Notes: generated by a model from the sequence alone, not told the origin. A stretch of DNA of 64,000 bases from Octopus bimaculoides (GCF_001194135.2 NC_068982.1:64683377-64747376), one strand, 5' to 3'; shown: positions 34,700 through 47,758, counted from the first letter of the stretch. Numbers and translations: made by a program.

Positions 34700-37009
34700 A
34701 TGATATTACTGATATCACTATTCAGTTAGCACACAAAGTAGTTTGATTTTTTTATATTTATAATGGAAATTCTATTTCTTCATTAATAAATAATATTTTT
34801 TGTACTTTGTCATTTATTTAATTTTTGTATAACTATTGTTGTTCAGACTATTAACCTCATCTTTACAGATGAAACATTTTTTAATATATACATCTTTTAC
34901 TATGTTTTGATCAGCTTGATCTTCAATTATCATCAGGTGTTTTATTCCTGGATGTGTACAGACTACTGGACTGGATTTTAACTGTGGAGCTTTACTCCTA
35001 AACTAAGGGTAATAATGTTGTTATTCACTGCATTATTGATGCATGAACATCTCTAAATATGTGGTTAATAGTGTGAAAAATTATAATCTTGTTAACAATT
35101 TATATCAGATATTTAGATTATTTATTCATATGTTATTTCATTGTAAAATGAAAATAGTTAATGTTTGACTTCTGATTAATCTTCACATACTTTTCAAAAG
35201 GTAAAAAAAACTATCCTGTACTTTACTTGTAATGATTGAGAGAAATTACTTAAGGATGCCATCTGCATGAAACAATAGACGAGTGCTTACACATTTATTG
35301 TCATGAGCAAAAGCATTCTAATTACTTAAAATTACCTTTGCAGTGGGGAGAGGGAAACAAAGGCTCAATGACAGATGTTGATCAAATCTGGCCTAAACAA
35401 AAGGATAACTCACTTTAACTCACTTCAGAGACCTTGTAGTTTTTATTGAAGTTTTTGTCAACTGTCTCAATTTTTCAATTATATTGAATCATATATTCAA
35501 AATACAAAGGGCCAACTACAGTACATGTATAAATATTTCTAAGTTTAAAATATCTTGAAGAAAATATAGAATATGTTTACAAAATACAATGAGTGAACCA
35601 AGAAGAAATATATTGTTTGAGGATATGTCTAAAGTAATATGGGCTGCTGTTGGATTTTACAGAAAATAATATTGTCAAAATAAAATAGTTAAATAAATAA
35701 AACTATGTCCAAATTGAACTTGAAGAAATAAAAGTTGAACTATAAAGGTTTTCAGGTTGTTTACCCCAAATATTCTGTTATATTCATACTCTCTTCAACA
35801 TTAGATGCCAAATTGTAATTTATTATTCCATAAGTATGATGATAAGAGATAAAATTATTCAAATAGTTGAATTGTTAACAGAATACTTAAGCTAATGCAA
35901 ATATATTTAATGAGTAAGCATAGAAAAGCTAATTAAAAGATAACATTCACTCAGTTACGTTAGTTCTTTATTCTGTTAAAAAAAGATTAAAACATAACAA
36001 CTCAAAATATCTCTCAATAACACACCTTGTAAATTTAGACAGAAAAGTTGATTTGATTGTCAGATCAAATGTGTTTTGTCATGAGGAATGAAGCAATGTA
36101 AAAACATAACAAACTTAACCAGTGACTTAGTTGTTATGATTTTGTAGGAAGAAATTGAAATGTTCATACTTCTGGGCAGGACACTTAATTTTACAATGTT
36201 TCATTTGATCACTATGTGGAATAGCTGCAAAAGACTAGCATTCTCCTTAGGTAAAGCTGCCTCCTTTATCTATTTAAATTTTTTAAGTTTAGAGCTAAGC
36301 ACTCTCATATTGAGTCTCCATGAGACTAAGATTGAACTTAACATAAGACATAGAGGGGAAAAATGACACACTATTCAAACCCATCACTCAATCGAAGAAA
36401 TTCCATGTAGTTAATCAGACTGCTATAATTAGCAGTTACATCTCCATCAAATTTTACCCTATCATTGCAAAATTGTAGAACATCTGTAGATTTAATATGA
36501 GTCATTTGGCTGATTGACTACCTGTATAGTATAGGACTGATTAATCACTACTAATGAGGGGTTACACAACAATGGATTTTTACTCAATCCATACAGAAAT
36601 ATTTTATTCAAATGTAACACACAAGGTTAATTTCTTTACTTTCCTTCACCAGAGGTTTTCCTTTTATGTGTAATTAGCTCTACTAACTTTATTGAAAGGT
36701 AAAAATGAATACATGACATTCATGCTTTCTAAAGAGTATTAGTTATATACATGAAGACAGATGATTCCATCTGATAATTATCGCCAGATTATTGGTTCGG
36801 TTTTCTGAAAATTTACTGATACTCAGTGGGTATTCACTAAATCATGTGGCACTCACTAAATGACAAATATACTTCAATTAGACTATATCTGATCCTGTTA
36901 ATTTCCTCTGTGCAGATTCCTTTGACTGCTCAGCTTTATGTTCCATTCTCATAATCAAGCAGATGATTGTTTCATCTTACCCATCATCCATTATTTTATA
37001 CCATTGTTT

Positions 37010-37050
<41 letters not shown>

Positions 37051-37398
37051 GGTGTTGCCATCCGGTTTCACCAGTCCTCAGTCAAATCGTCCAACCCATG
37101 CTAGCATGGAAAGCGGACGTTAAACGATGATGATGATGATGATGATGATATAGTTTTAGGGAAAAGAACCAAGGTTTATGAACTCATCAATGAAAATCCA
37201 CTGTCACATATAGAAAAAATTTATAATTAAAAGCACAATAAATAAGTATAATATAATACAAAGTAAATATCATAAGATCAAGATAATAAATTTTTAACAC
37301 CATTATTTTATACTGTGAAACTTAATTTAATTTTAATTTTTAATAAATTGATTTTAATTGAGTTTTTACCTGTAATTTTGGATTTTATCCCTAATATT

Positions 37399-37430
<32 letters not shown>

Positions 37431-38444
37431 TATATATCATATGTATGATGCACCAAGCTAAGTAAACGCACTGTTATTCATACATATAGGCTTATCTTTT
37501 ATTGGCGCTGGTGCCACATACAATGCACTCATGCTGGTGCCGCATGAATGCATCCATGCAGGTGGCACATAGAAAGCACCCAGCCATAGAAACCATGCCA
37601 CAACAGACAATTAGAGTCTGGAGAGCTCCCCAGCTGGCCAACTCCATGTCAAACCATCCAATTCATGCCAGTATGGAAAACCGACATTAAATGATGATGA
37701 TCTATATATGATTGTTTGTTATGGCTGGTTACAGAGTGACTATTGGTTTCACACCTATAAAGTGCTTATCCATACAGGCTAAGTACATGAAACAGCATAA
37801 GAGAGTGAGAGAGATCCATTTACAATTCTGAGGTAGATGCTGTCAAAAGCTTTATAGATAACTGAAGGGATTTTTACATCAACTAAACATAAACTTAAGA
37901 GCAGTGTTCAACTACACAATTTTATACAATTTTAAAGTAACTTACTTCAGCAACAAAAGTTATAAAATCTTATCATATTAATGTGTGTGCGTGTGTGTGT
38001 TTAGGGATATTCTTCTTTCTTCTGACTGGTTTCAGTTATTGAAGTACAACCTTTGCTGCAGCTTAGCTTCTCCAATAATAAAATGTGTATTTATAAGTGT
38101 GTGTGCATTCGTGCGTGTTTAGCTTAGTCAGAAGAAGGGGGGTAGATCCCTTGATATTTTTCAAAGCCTTGGAACTGTCAAATGGAAGAATTATGTGTGG
38201 GCTGGAAACCTGGTCTGAAAATGGTAGTTTTACAGATCTATTCAAGCCAATGGTGTTAAAACAAAATGTAAATAATGAAGGTCTATATGAAAGGGAGTTA
38301 TTTAAATCAATGCAAAGATATGTCAAAAGAGAAATATTAGAAACATGGGAGGCAATAATATTTCAAAGACCTTTAGTGGCTTTCAGATGTGCACCTAAGC
38401 ACTGTATACAATAAGTCCAGTATTATTATATAATTTATAATTAT

Positions 38445-39471
38445 TCAAGGAGGTAAGCTAGCAGAATCATTAATGCATTGGAAAAATAATGTTTACCAGT
38501 TTTTTTTCCACTTCCTTATAGTCTGAGTTCAAATTCTGCTGAGACCAACTTTGCCTTTCACCCTTTCAGGGTCAGTAAAATAAAATACCAGCCAAGTACC
38601 AGGGTCAACTTGTGTCTCCCTTCTAAACTGCTGGACTAATACCAAAATTAGAAAGAATTATTATTGTCATAAGAACATCAGAAAAAATATCTAGTTACAC
38701 TCTCTAACATCCTAAGTTCAGATCTTACATAAGGCCAACTTGTCGTTCATCTTCCCAGGCCTGAAGAGGTCAAATACCAGTGGTGAAGTACCTCTCTGGT
38801 ACTAAATTGATGTAATCAGCTTTACCCCTCTCCTAAATTTTAAGCCTTGTACCTGTTCTTCTATTCTTTTGTTTGTTTCAGTTATGACCCTGCTGGAGCA
38901 CCACCTTAAGGGGTTTAAATAAAAGAATAAGTACTGAGGTCAATTCATTTGACTAAAAAATTCTTCACAGTGGTATCTCAGCATAGCCACAGTCTAATGA
39001 CTGAAACAAGTAAAATAAACATTACCATATCAGGAAGAAAAATGTTTAGCGGCATTTCATCCGTCTTTATGTTTTGAGTTCAAATTCCACTGAAGTTGAC
39101 TTTGCCTTTCATTTTTTGGGGGTCAGTAAATTAAGTACCAGCGAAACACTGGGGTCGATGTAATCAACTAGCCCCCACCCCCAAAATTTGGGGCTTTGTG
39201 CCTTTAGTAGGAAGGATTATTATTATTAATAGCAGTAACAGTGATTGTGGTAAAGATGTGTAGCGACAGAAATAGTAGAATGGGATTAAATCCCTTGCAA
39301 TATTTAGTTACATTTAAACCTTGAGTTTAACTTCTACAAGGTTCAACCATGCCCTTCTCATGTTGACAACAAAACAAGTATCTTTAATATAAACTGTGAT
39401 AAATTCAATTGATTATACCCCTTCCCTATAAATATGTGGCCTTGTGCACATGTGAGAATTTGTAGTTATTA

Positions 39472-39507
<36 letters not shown>

Positions 39508-39725
39508 GGCACCAAGTAGGCAGAATTGTTAGCACACCAGGCAAAATGCTCAGCAGTATTTCATCCCTCTTTACATTCTGAGTTCAAATTCCACCAAGGT
39601 TGACTTTGCCTATCATCCTTTCAGGCTTGATAAAATAAGTACCAGTGAGCACTAGGGTCGATGTATTCAACTTACTCCCTTCTCCGGAATTACTGGTCTT
39701 AGACCAAAATTTGAAGTTATTGTTT
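38445..39725 (+). mobile_element. Cluster of family B SINEs plus a family A-like tail
   Basis: Repeated family B cores at about 38445, 38690, 39020 and 39505, separated by (ATT)n. Confidence 0.75.
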
Positions 39726-39731
39726 ATATTT

Positions 39732-39793
<62 letters not shown>

Positions 39794-40176
39794 CATTCTT
39801 ATTATAAAATTTCTCACAGGCACATTTGGGGACAAGTGATTTCAACTGTTCTGATTACATAAAAGAGATGGCAGAGGGAAATGAAGAAATTTGAGGGTGA
39901 CCCTGAACTGACAGACTTATGTGTCAGTAGGTTGCTCTATTTGTTTCTTGTCTTTAAATTATATGCATGTTTTACACATTCTTTTAATTATTTTGTATAA
40001 CCATTATGAGAAATTTTAGACATTTTTAGCATGTCCTAATATACTGTATGACATTTTTTTCCATTCCATTCCACTCCACACTTTTTTGTATAACTTTGTA
40101 TCTTCACACATTTTGTAATATTTTTATAACTTGTACCCTGTACATATGAATGGGCCCTAGTGGCACAATAAAATAA

Positions 40177-40179
<3 letters not shown>

Positions 40180-40214
<35 letters not shown>

Positions 40215-40570
40215 GTTGTTGTTGTTTTTTTCTTCTTTCTTCAAATTTTCTTCCATTTCTCGCCGAGTGTTTTCCGTACACCTAGGGCAGAGAAACTCGT
40301 ATGCATTCCCAGTTTACACACGCAAATTCACAGGTAAAATATGTATTTAAAAAAAAAAAAAAAAAAATCATGAATGGATGTTGTTTTCACAGCGATAATG
40401 CTCTTCTCAGTACATGAGTCGTTCCAGTTAACACAACTTTTTGCACTTCCTGTAGGGATGGTAAGCCTGGTATCATTTTCAAATAAGTTTCAGTACCTTT
40501 TTTTTATCATTCCTAGAGATCCTACAATCATTGGTACAGTAGTCCCCTTGAGGTGCCACATTTTTTCAAT
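40180..40570 (-). mobile_element. 5'-truncated R4/Dong-clade non-LTR retrotransposon (C-terminus and 3' UTR) inside a (TAA)n tract
   Basis: Minus strand IEKMWHLKGTTVPMIVGSLGMIKK/GTETYLKMIPGLPSLQEVQKVVLTGTTHVLRRALSL* (stop at 40387-40389; one +1 frameshift in an A run). (TAA)n on both sides. Confidence 0.8.
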
Positions 40571-41170
<600 letters not shown>

Positions 41171-41267
41171 AGTATTGACTATTGACTGTTCAGATATGTT
41201 TGCATATTGTTGTTCAAATATAAGGATGTCTTGAACATGTACCTCATAGGTGTCAAACAAAAGAGTG

Positions 41268-41564
41268 TTTTGTTGAGTCTGGGAAGAGTCATACTGCCTT
41301 AATAACACACTCACCAGTTCAATTTCCATTCATTTATTAACACACTTACTAGTTCAATTTCCATTCCTTTATTACTTATATTTTTTCTTTTCAAAAATTT
41401 TCATTGCTTTTGCAACCTTGTCAGTGGATGTTGACAGAGTCGACATCCATTGACAATGGAAATTTTGGAAAAGAGAAAAATATAAATAATAAATGAGTGG
41501 AAATTGAACCAGTGTGTGTGTGTTAAACATTAAGGTAGTATGACTCTCCTCAGACACAACAAAA
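41268..41564. mobile_element. Fold-back MITE-like element
   Basis: About 41268-41405 and 41452-41564 are imperfect inverted repeats around a spacer of about 45 nt. The left arm carries an extra tandem copy of about 35 bp. Confidence 0.7.
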
Positions 41565-43293
41565 TTTATTTCAAAACATCAATTCACATAAAGAATCTTG
41601 CAAACCAGATACAAACTGAAGATAGTATCTGTTTTCAGATTTTTTTCATATTTATCTACAATGCCCACTGTAACAAAGATATTGAAGATGAATCTACATG
41701 CATAGAATTTAACCATTTATCATTCAGATTACTCAGTTTTTATGCATTGTTGAAATAAAGTTGAGTAACTTGATATGAAGATATAGCAAACATCTAACTC
41801 TTTCAAGAAAATGAAACCAGGATTAAGGCATGGAAATAAGAGTAGACAATGATCAATTTTTACCTGTTAGCTGCTCTGAGAGCTGCCAATGAGAGAGAGA
41901 CAAGATCACTTCAGTCATAAAAAAACTAAAAGAAAAGGAACAGCAAAGACAGCAATAACAAGCTACAGGAGCTGCTGTTTACAATGTACCATCAGTTGTA
42001 ACTTTGGAAACAACAGAGGTTACCTTGTCCTTGGTCCTGAGAGCTGACCATGAAGTCAAGTATCAAGAAACTAAGACATCCCCCTTCTTGTAATAACACT
42101 CCATTTTCTTCAAAGAATTGAAGATGGAAGAGACACAAAAAAAGACTTTCTGAATGGTACATCTATCAAAAAAGTCACCTTGAATTTTTCTGTAGTGAGA
42201 CCTGCTTGATGATGATCTATGTCCCATCAGCCTGCTTCTGCAGGTTGCTCATGCCTGCTCTAGCTGATATCTGCCAAGGAAAGATAAAGAAAACTAAGGA
42301 TACCTTTTATATAGCTACTGAGAATTATTGCTCTTTCATTGGTCAAATAAATCAATGAAAAAAGGTGAATAACTAAAACTTCACTTGGTTGCTTGGGGGG
42401 TCATTGCAGGGCTAAACAACAACTTGGTGTTCTACAGCTGGTTAGTGTTAGGCTAGATAAGTAACAAAGACTCACAAAAACAGTGGCTGTGACAATTTAT
42501 TTGAAACACCTCCATTGCATTTTGAATTTAATTAGGCTACATTTGTAATTGGTTCCATTACCCTTACCTGCATTCTTATCATGCCATTTATCTACCATTA
42601 GCTAGGCCTGCAAAAAATGGTTGTCAAATTTTCCTCAATTCACAACATACTGTCTTCAAAAAGTAAAATAAAATGTGCTCATTCAGTTCTATGCATATTG
42701 GGAGAGAGCAAAAGAGAGAGAGAGGGGGGGAGACAGGGACAGACAGACAAAGACAGAAAGGGGTGGGTTACGGCTGTAATGTCTTTCATTATGTCTGTTC
42801 AGTTAAGGCAGACTCATGTCTAAACAACAATATATGTTAAATATGACATGTTAAATTAGCTGCAGGGCAAAAATTTTGTCATGGTTTTATTTTAATCTAG
42901 TGAGTGTTTGTGTTATAAGCTAAGGTTGGCTAAAACAAAAGTTGAACTTAATTTATTCAACAAACAGATTATCTTCAACATAATCCAACTTAATGTTTTC
43001 ATTTTAATTGATATAATGGAATGAACACAAGTAAAAAAATATTGATCTCTAACTACTAAAAAAAATTCCTATAGTGTATATATGTTATATAAACTACTAT
43101 CCAATCAGTCTTACTAACTGCATCACCAAACTGATTGAGTCCTGTGTCAGAAAAATACTCTGAAACTTCTGGAGCTCTCACAACTTATTCACAATTTGGA
43201 TTTATCTCTAATTCCAGCAGCTGTAGCCAACTCATTGCATTTCTTGAAGACATCACCCAAATCACTGATAGAAGTTCATAGGTGGATTATTTA

Positions 43294-43637
43294 CATTATT
43301 TACATTTGATGGATATTTGTCCTCATCTTGTTTGTTGTTAACACAACGTTTCGGCTGATATACCCTCCAGCCTTCTTCAGGTGTCTTGGGGAAATTTCGA
43401 ACCTGGGTTCTCGTTCCTAAGGTATTTTTCGATGTTATTATTATTATTATTATTGTTGTTGTTGTTGTTGTTGTTGTTATTGTTCAGGTCACTGCTTGGA
43501 ATCAAACTCGGAATCTTGGGGTTAGTAGCCCACGCTCTTAACCACTATGCATTGTGTTAACAACAAACAAGATGAGGCCAAATATCCATCGAATGTAAAT
43601 AATGTACATAATTCCTCATCTCTTGAATATAGAACTG
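43294..43637 (-). mobile_element. tRNA-headed element with Penelope-like pseudo-LTR, hammerhead ribozyme and an inverted pLTR copy
   Basis: Minus-strand tRNA-like head at about 43483-43551, then an (AAC/AAT)n spacer and the HHR at 43340-43385. About 55-bp inverted repeats at 43294-43346 and 43552-43605. Possible TSD TTATTTA at 43287-43293 and 43638-43644. Confidence 0.75.
43340..43385 (-). ncRNA. Minimal type I hammerhead ribozyme (Penelope-like)
   Basis: Minus strand reads GACAC CTGAAGA A GGCTG-GAGGGTATAT-CAGCC GAAAC GTT GTGTT: stem I GACAC/GTGTT, perfect 5-bp stem II, palindromic AACGTT stem III. Confidence 0.78.
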
Positions 43638-44832
43638 TTATTTATCTTGACTTTGCTAAAGACTTCAGTTCTGTGCCACACAAATGACTCATGGCAAAAC
43701 TTTCTGCAATATATGTGAAAGATAATCTTTATAACTGGTTGATGTCCTTCATTCTTAATTGAAAATAGGTAATCATAGTTCTAGGACATCATTTGTCACC
43801 CTATGGGATGACATCTGGTGTACCATAAGGATCCATTCTTGGACCCCTGTTGTTTGTTGCACATATTAATGACATAGATGCCAACTTTAAAAATGTCACA
43901 GTATTGAAATATGCAGATGACATCAAACTTGAAATGAAAAGAACAGATCCTCTATGCTGTGGATCATTCCTGCAATCGGGCCTGGACACAATGCAGCAAT
44001 GGATTACCAACTGGCAAACCAAGCTGGCTGTAGACAAGGGCACCACCATGCATTTTAGGAGGAAAATCCCAGTTTTTACATACTCCCTCTACAACACCAA
44101 TTTTAAGAAGTCTGCTAGTGAACATCATCTGGGCATTATTGTCAACAGCAAATTGCATGAGACAAACCACATTTCTAAAATTGTCAAGAAGGCCAAGGGT
44201 GCCTTAGCATCACTCAATAAGACCTCTGTCAGCCACTCTCCTGCTCTCTGCTTAAAGCTGTATATGGCTACGGTATGTCTACATCGCCAGTCTGGAACCT
44301 CTATTTTGCTCGGCATATCAATCTCCTGGAAACTGTTCAGAAACATGCAACCAGATGAATACCCACCATCAGGCATCTACCATACTCTGGGCGTCTTGCT
44401 TCCTTGGGTATGGACGCATTAAAGTTCCGACAACTAATTTAGTAGACACCCACAAGATTAGCAACCATCTTTCCAACAACATTGGGCACTTTTTTGAATT
44501 TCATATATCCAACACTCGTGGACATACTTACAAAATCAAAAAACAACACAACACCCATGGCATTTGGAAACATTTTTCCACACTCAGAATTGCTGAAGCA
44601 TGGAATAAACTACCCACATCAGTTGTTAGTTATCAGGACACTATGTAGTTCAAAACTTGCATGCCTATGTAGTTCAAAATTTGTCAACAGTACACCTGAT
44701 AACCCCTCTCCAGTTTTTTTTTTTAAGACTTATTCACTGATCACTTCCTGTGCAAATTCTATGTCCTGTTTATACAGTTCTGTTTACTTTTTCCGATGAG
44801 TTGTAGTGTCCCTGAGCACTGTATACAATAAG

Positions 44833-44865
<33 letters not shown>

Positions 44866-44879
44866 GTTGTTGTTGTTGT

Positions 44880-45079
44880 CAAGATGGCGAGCTGGCACAA
44901 TCATTAGCAAGTTATAATTCCGCCGAGGTCGACTTAGCCTTTCATCCTTTTAGGGTCAATAAATTAAGTACCCGTGAAACACTGGGGTTGATGTAATTGA
45001 CTTGTCCCCTTCCCCAAGATTTCAGGCCTTGTGCCTTTAGTAGGAAGGGCTATTATTGTTGTTGTTGTTGTTGTTGTTA

Positions 45080-45115
<36 letters not shown>

Positions 45116-45492
45116 TTCGAAAGGTGGTGAGCTGGCAAAATCGTTAACATTCTGGACAAAAATGTTTAGTGGCATTTTGTCCGTCTTTGTGTTCTGAGTT
45201 CGAATTCTGCCGAGGTTGACTTTGCCTTTCAAGATCGATAAAATGAGAGCAATCAATTTTGGTCTCCGAGAAATGAAAGTATTTGTTCGGCAAGTTCCAT
45301 ATAAAATTCTTATTTCTTCAATGTTTGTTTTTTGCAACTGAACAGTGAAAACCACGGTCGCACACACACATACACACATTCATTGTTTTTCATGTGCACG
45401 AGCAACTTCAACAGTGACACACACGCCAACACACATTCGCACACACTTACATACACACATATATAGATACCCATACAAATGAAAGACAATGA

Positions 45493-45544
<52 letters not shown>

Positions 45545-46625
45545 NNNNNNNNNNNNNNNNNNNNNNNNNNNNNNNNNNNNNNNNNNNNNNNNNNNNNNNN
45601 NNNNNNNNNNNNNNNNNNNNNNNNNNTTTGGCTGATTAAGCGATGTAAAGCGTATTTAATCTCCATACCTTCGTTTTATTTGCTTTTTTCATTTTAAATT
45701 TGCTTTAACCCTAACCCTAACCCTAACCCTAGGGTTAGGGTTAGGGTTAATTGTTTCAGAATCGTTTGTTTATGTAGTCGGCACTTAATGTATATCGGCT
45801 GAATGGACGTCAGTGATTGGTTGAAATTACAGAAATACGACAACTTTAACATGGAAAAACTTATGGATTTCTTTTTTTTTTTTAAGAAGACTAAGAGAAA
45901 AAGCTGTTTTATATGACACATTCTACCAGTGTTCTAAGTTTCAAAGTGTTTCGTTAATGAAAAATGTGGCCCCCGTTTTAAAAAAGATCCAAAAATAAAC
46001 ATTAAGGAAATAAAAAATTTCACGGAATTTGTCGAACAAATACTTTCATTTCTCGGAGACCAAAACCGATTGATTGCCAAAATGAGTACCAGTTGAACCT
46101 TGGGATCGATGTAATCGACTAACCCCTACCTCCCTCAAATTTCAAGCCTTGTGCTTATAGTAGAAAAGATCATCATCATCATCATCATCATCGGCAGCGA
46201 GCTGGTAGAATCGTTAACACGCCGGGCGAAATGCTTAGCGGTATTTTGTTTGCCATTGCGTTTTGAGTTCAAATTCCGCCGAGGTCGACTTTACCTTTCA
46301 TCATTTCAGGGTCGATAAAGTAAGTACCAGTCCAGATCTGGGGTTGATGTGATCGACTGTCCCCCCTCCCTGAAATCCAGGCCTTGTGCCTGTAATATAA
46401 AGGATTATTATATAAAGGCGGCTAGCTGGCAGAATCGTTAGCACGCCGGGCAAAATGCTTAGCGGCATTTCGTCTGTCTCCATGTTCTGAGTTCAAATGG
46501 GGTTGACTCTGCCTTTCATCCTTTCGAGGATGATAAAATAAGTACCAGATGAGTACTAGGGTCGATGTAATCGACTTATCTCCTCCAAAATTTCAGGCCT
46601 TGTGTCTATAGTAGAAAGATTATTA
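44880..46625 (+). mobile_element. Array of family B SINEs, one split by the DNA element at 45248-46078
   Basis: The family B core GTCGATAAAATGAGTACCAG is interrupted at AAAATGAG and resumes at 46079. Further CpG-rich copies at about 46190-46405 and 46415-46625. Confidence 0.82.
45248..46078. mobile_element. Merlin-like composite non-autonomous element with a palindromic telomere-repeat array
   Basis: About 90-bp TIRs ((A/G)GCAATCAAT..TTTTGGTCTCCGAGAAATGAAAGTATTTGTTCG). 8-bp TSD AAAATGAG at 45240-45247 and 46079-46086. (TAACCC)4 T AGGGTT(AGGGTT)2 at 45706-45750. Confidence 0.82.
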
Positions 46626-46626
46626 C

Positions 46627-46660
<34 letters not shown>

Positions 46661-46882
46661 CACACATATATATACACACATATATGTATTATAAATACAA
46701 GAAAAGACAGTCTTTATCAGTATAAACTAGTCGATATTGGTGATACAAGCCGAAACTAATGCAGAATTGTAAACGAGGCTACAAACTGCCGTCGCCACCA
46801 TATTGTTGCTGTCATATTAGTTCAGATTGTTTCTAGAAGTAAAAATTAAATTGTCATATAACTTGTCTTTGACATCGGACAG

Positions 46883-47758
46883 ATGGAACGAAATATTAGG
46901 TATCATACATTACAAGAAGACCAGGAAGAGGAAGATGGCGTGAGAATGACTGCAAACGCCAGTAACACTCCTGTGCCTATGACTTCACAATCCGTACCAA
47001 TCCCTGTTGTTCCGAGTTCAACAATGCCTTCAGTTCCACCACCCGCCTATAAAGAAACTGAAGAGGAAGAAGACATTGCTACTGCCAACTCTTTTCATCA
47101 TTATCTTCAGCAGCAACAACAACAACAGCAGCAACAGCAGCCACTCAGCAACAGTCATGATCAGAAAACTGAGCAAACGACCTTCGATGATGCGTGTGGA
47201 GCTGGCCTGCCACCATCCTATGCTGTTGCTACCGATCTACCGTCTTACGAAGAAGCAGAAAGACTCAAACAAGAAGAAGAACTTAACGGGGGCAGGAGCT
47301 GTGGTATAAACCAATCTGGTCATTTTCCCCAGTTTCGATCTTTAACCGACGAGGAACATTATTTAAATGGTTCAGACGACGCCACTGACCAGTTAAACAA
47401 TGCAGATCGACTTAACACCAGCGGAATGATCATTGGAACTGATTGGATCTTTTTCTGTACTTTCGTGATATCATTTTTGTTTAACTGGCTTGGCTTTTTA
47501 ATGTCACTGTGCATCACTAATACAGTAGCCGGTCGATGTGGTGCTTTGGCTGGCCTTGGTCTTTCTATGGTTAAATGGGTCGCCATCGTCAAACACAGTG
47601 GCTTCGCTGGTGATTTCGCTGCCAGTGAATCTTGGTTCTGGTGGATCTTGATGCTATGCGGATTCCTGCTTTTTGTTCGTGGATGTATGCAATATGTCAA
47701 TGTGAAATACGAATGGAAAAGGATTACAGGTCGTCTGCATCACATAACTCTTTATTGA
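46883..47758 (+). CDS. NDFIP: NEDD4 family-interacting protein (NDFIP1/2-like), single coding exon, 291 aa
   Basis: Uninterrupted ORF with three PY motifs (PPAY, PPSY, LPSY-EEAE). They are followed by the family segment GTDWIFFCTFVISFLFNWLGF..TNTVAGRCGALAGLGLSMVKW and WFWWILMLCGFLLFVRG, giving three predicted TM helices. Confidence 0.95.
   Translation: MERNIRYHTLQEDQEEEDGVRMTANASNTPVPMTSQSVPIPVVPSSTMPSVPPPAYKETEEEEDIATANSFHHYLQQQQQQQQQQQPLSNSHDQKTEQTTFDDACGAGLPPSYAVATDLPSYEEAERLKQEEELNGGRSCGINQSGHFPQFRSLTDEEHYLNGSDDATDQLNNADRLNTSGMIIGTDWIFFCTFVISFLFNWLGFLMSLCITNTVAGRCGALAGLGLSMVKWVAIVKHSGFAGDFAASESWFWWILMLCGFLLFVRGCMQYVNVKYEWKRITGRLHHITLY

Larger units (their letters stand above)
43090..44860 (+). 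mobile_element. Decayed CR1/L2-group LINE (RT domain to 3' tail), interrupted at 43294-43637
   Basis: YYPISLTNCITKLIE, QFGF, QLIAFLEDIT, VIYLDFAKDFSSVPH, GVP*GSILGPLLFVAHIND, LKYADDIKL, HLGI, TRGHTYKI and RIAEAWNKLP. Tail CACTGTATACAATAAGTTT(ATT)n. Similar 3' ends at about 3150-3305, 24190-24340 and 38390-38430. Confidence 0.88.

Noticed and set aside
38097-38414. 105-aa ORF as a host exon
   Set aside because: No recognisable domain or convincing splice context, and it ends in the LINE-type tail CACTGTATACAATAAG, so it is more likely a retroelement remnant.
41830-42300. Possible 5' (ORF1 or endonuclease) part of the CR1-type LINE
   Set aside because: Only a faint SET.L-like motif is visible, which is not enough to extend the element boundary.
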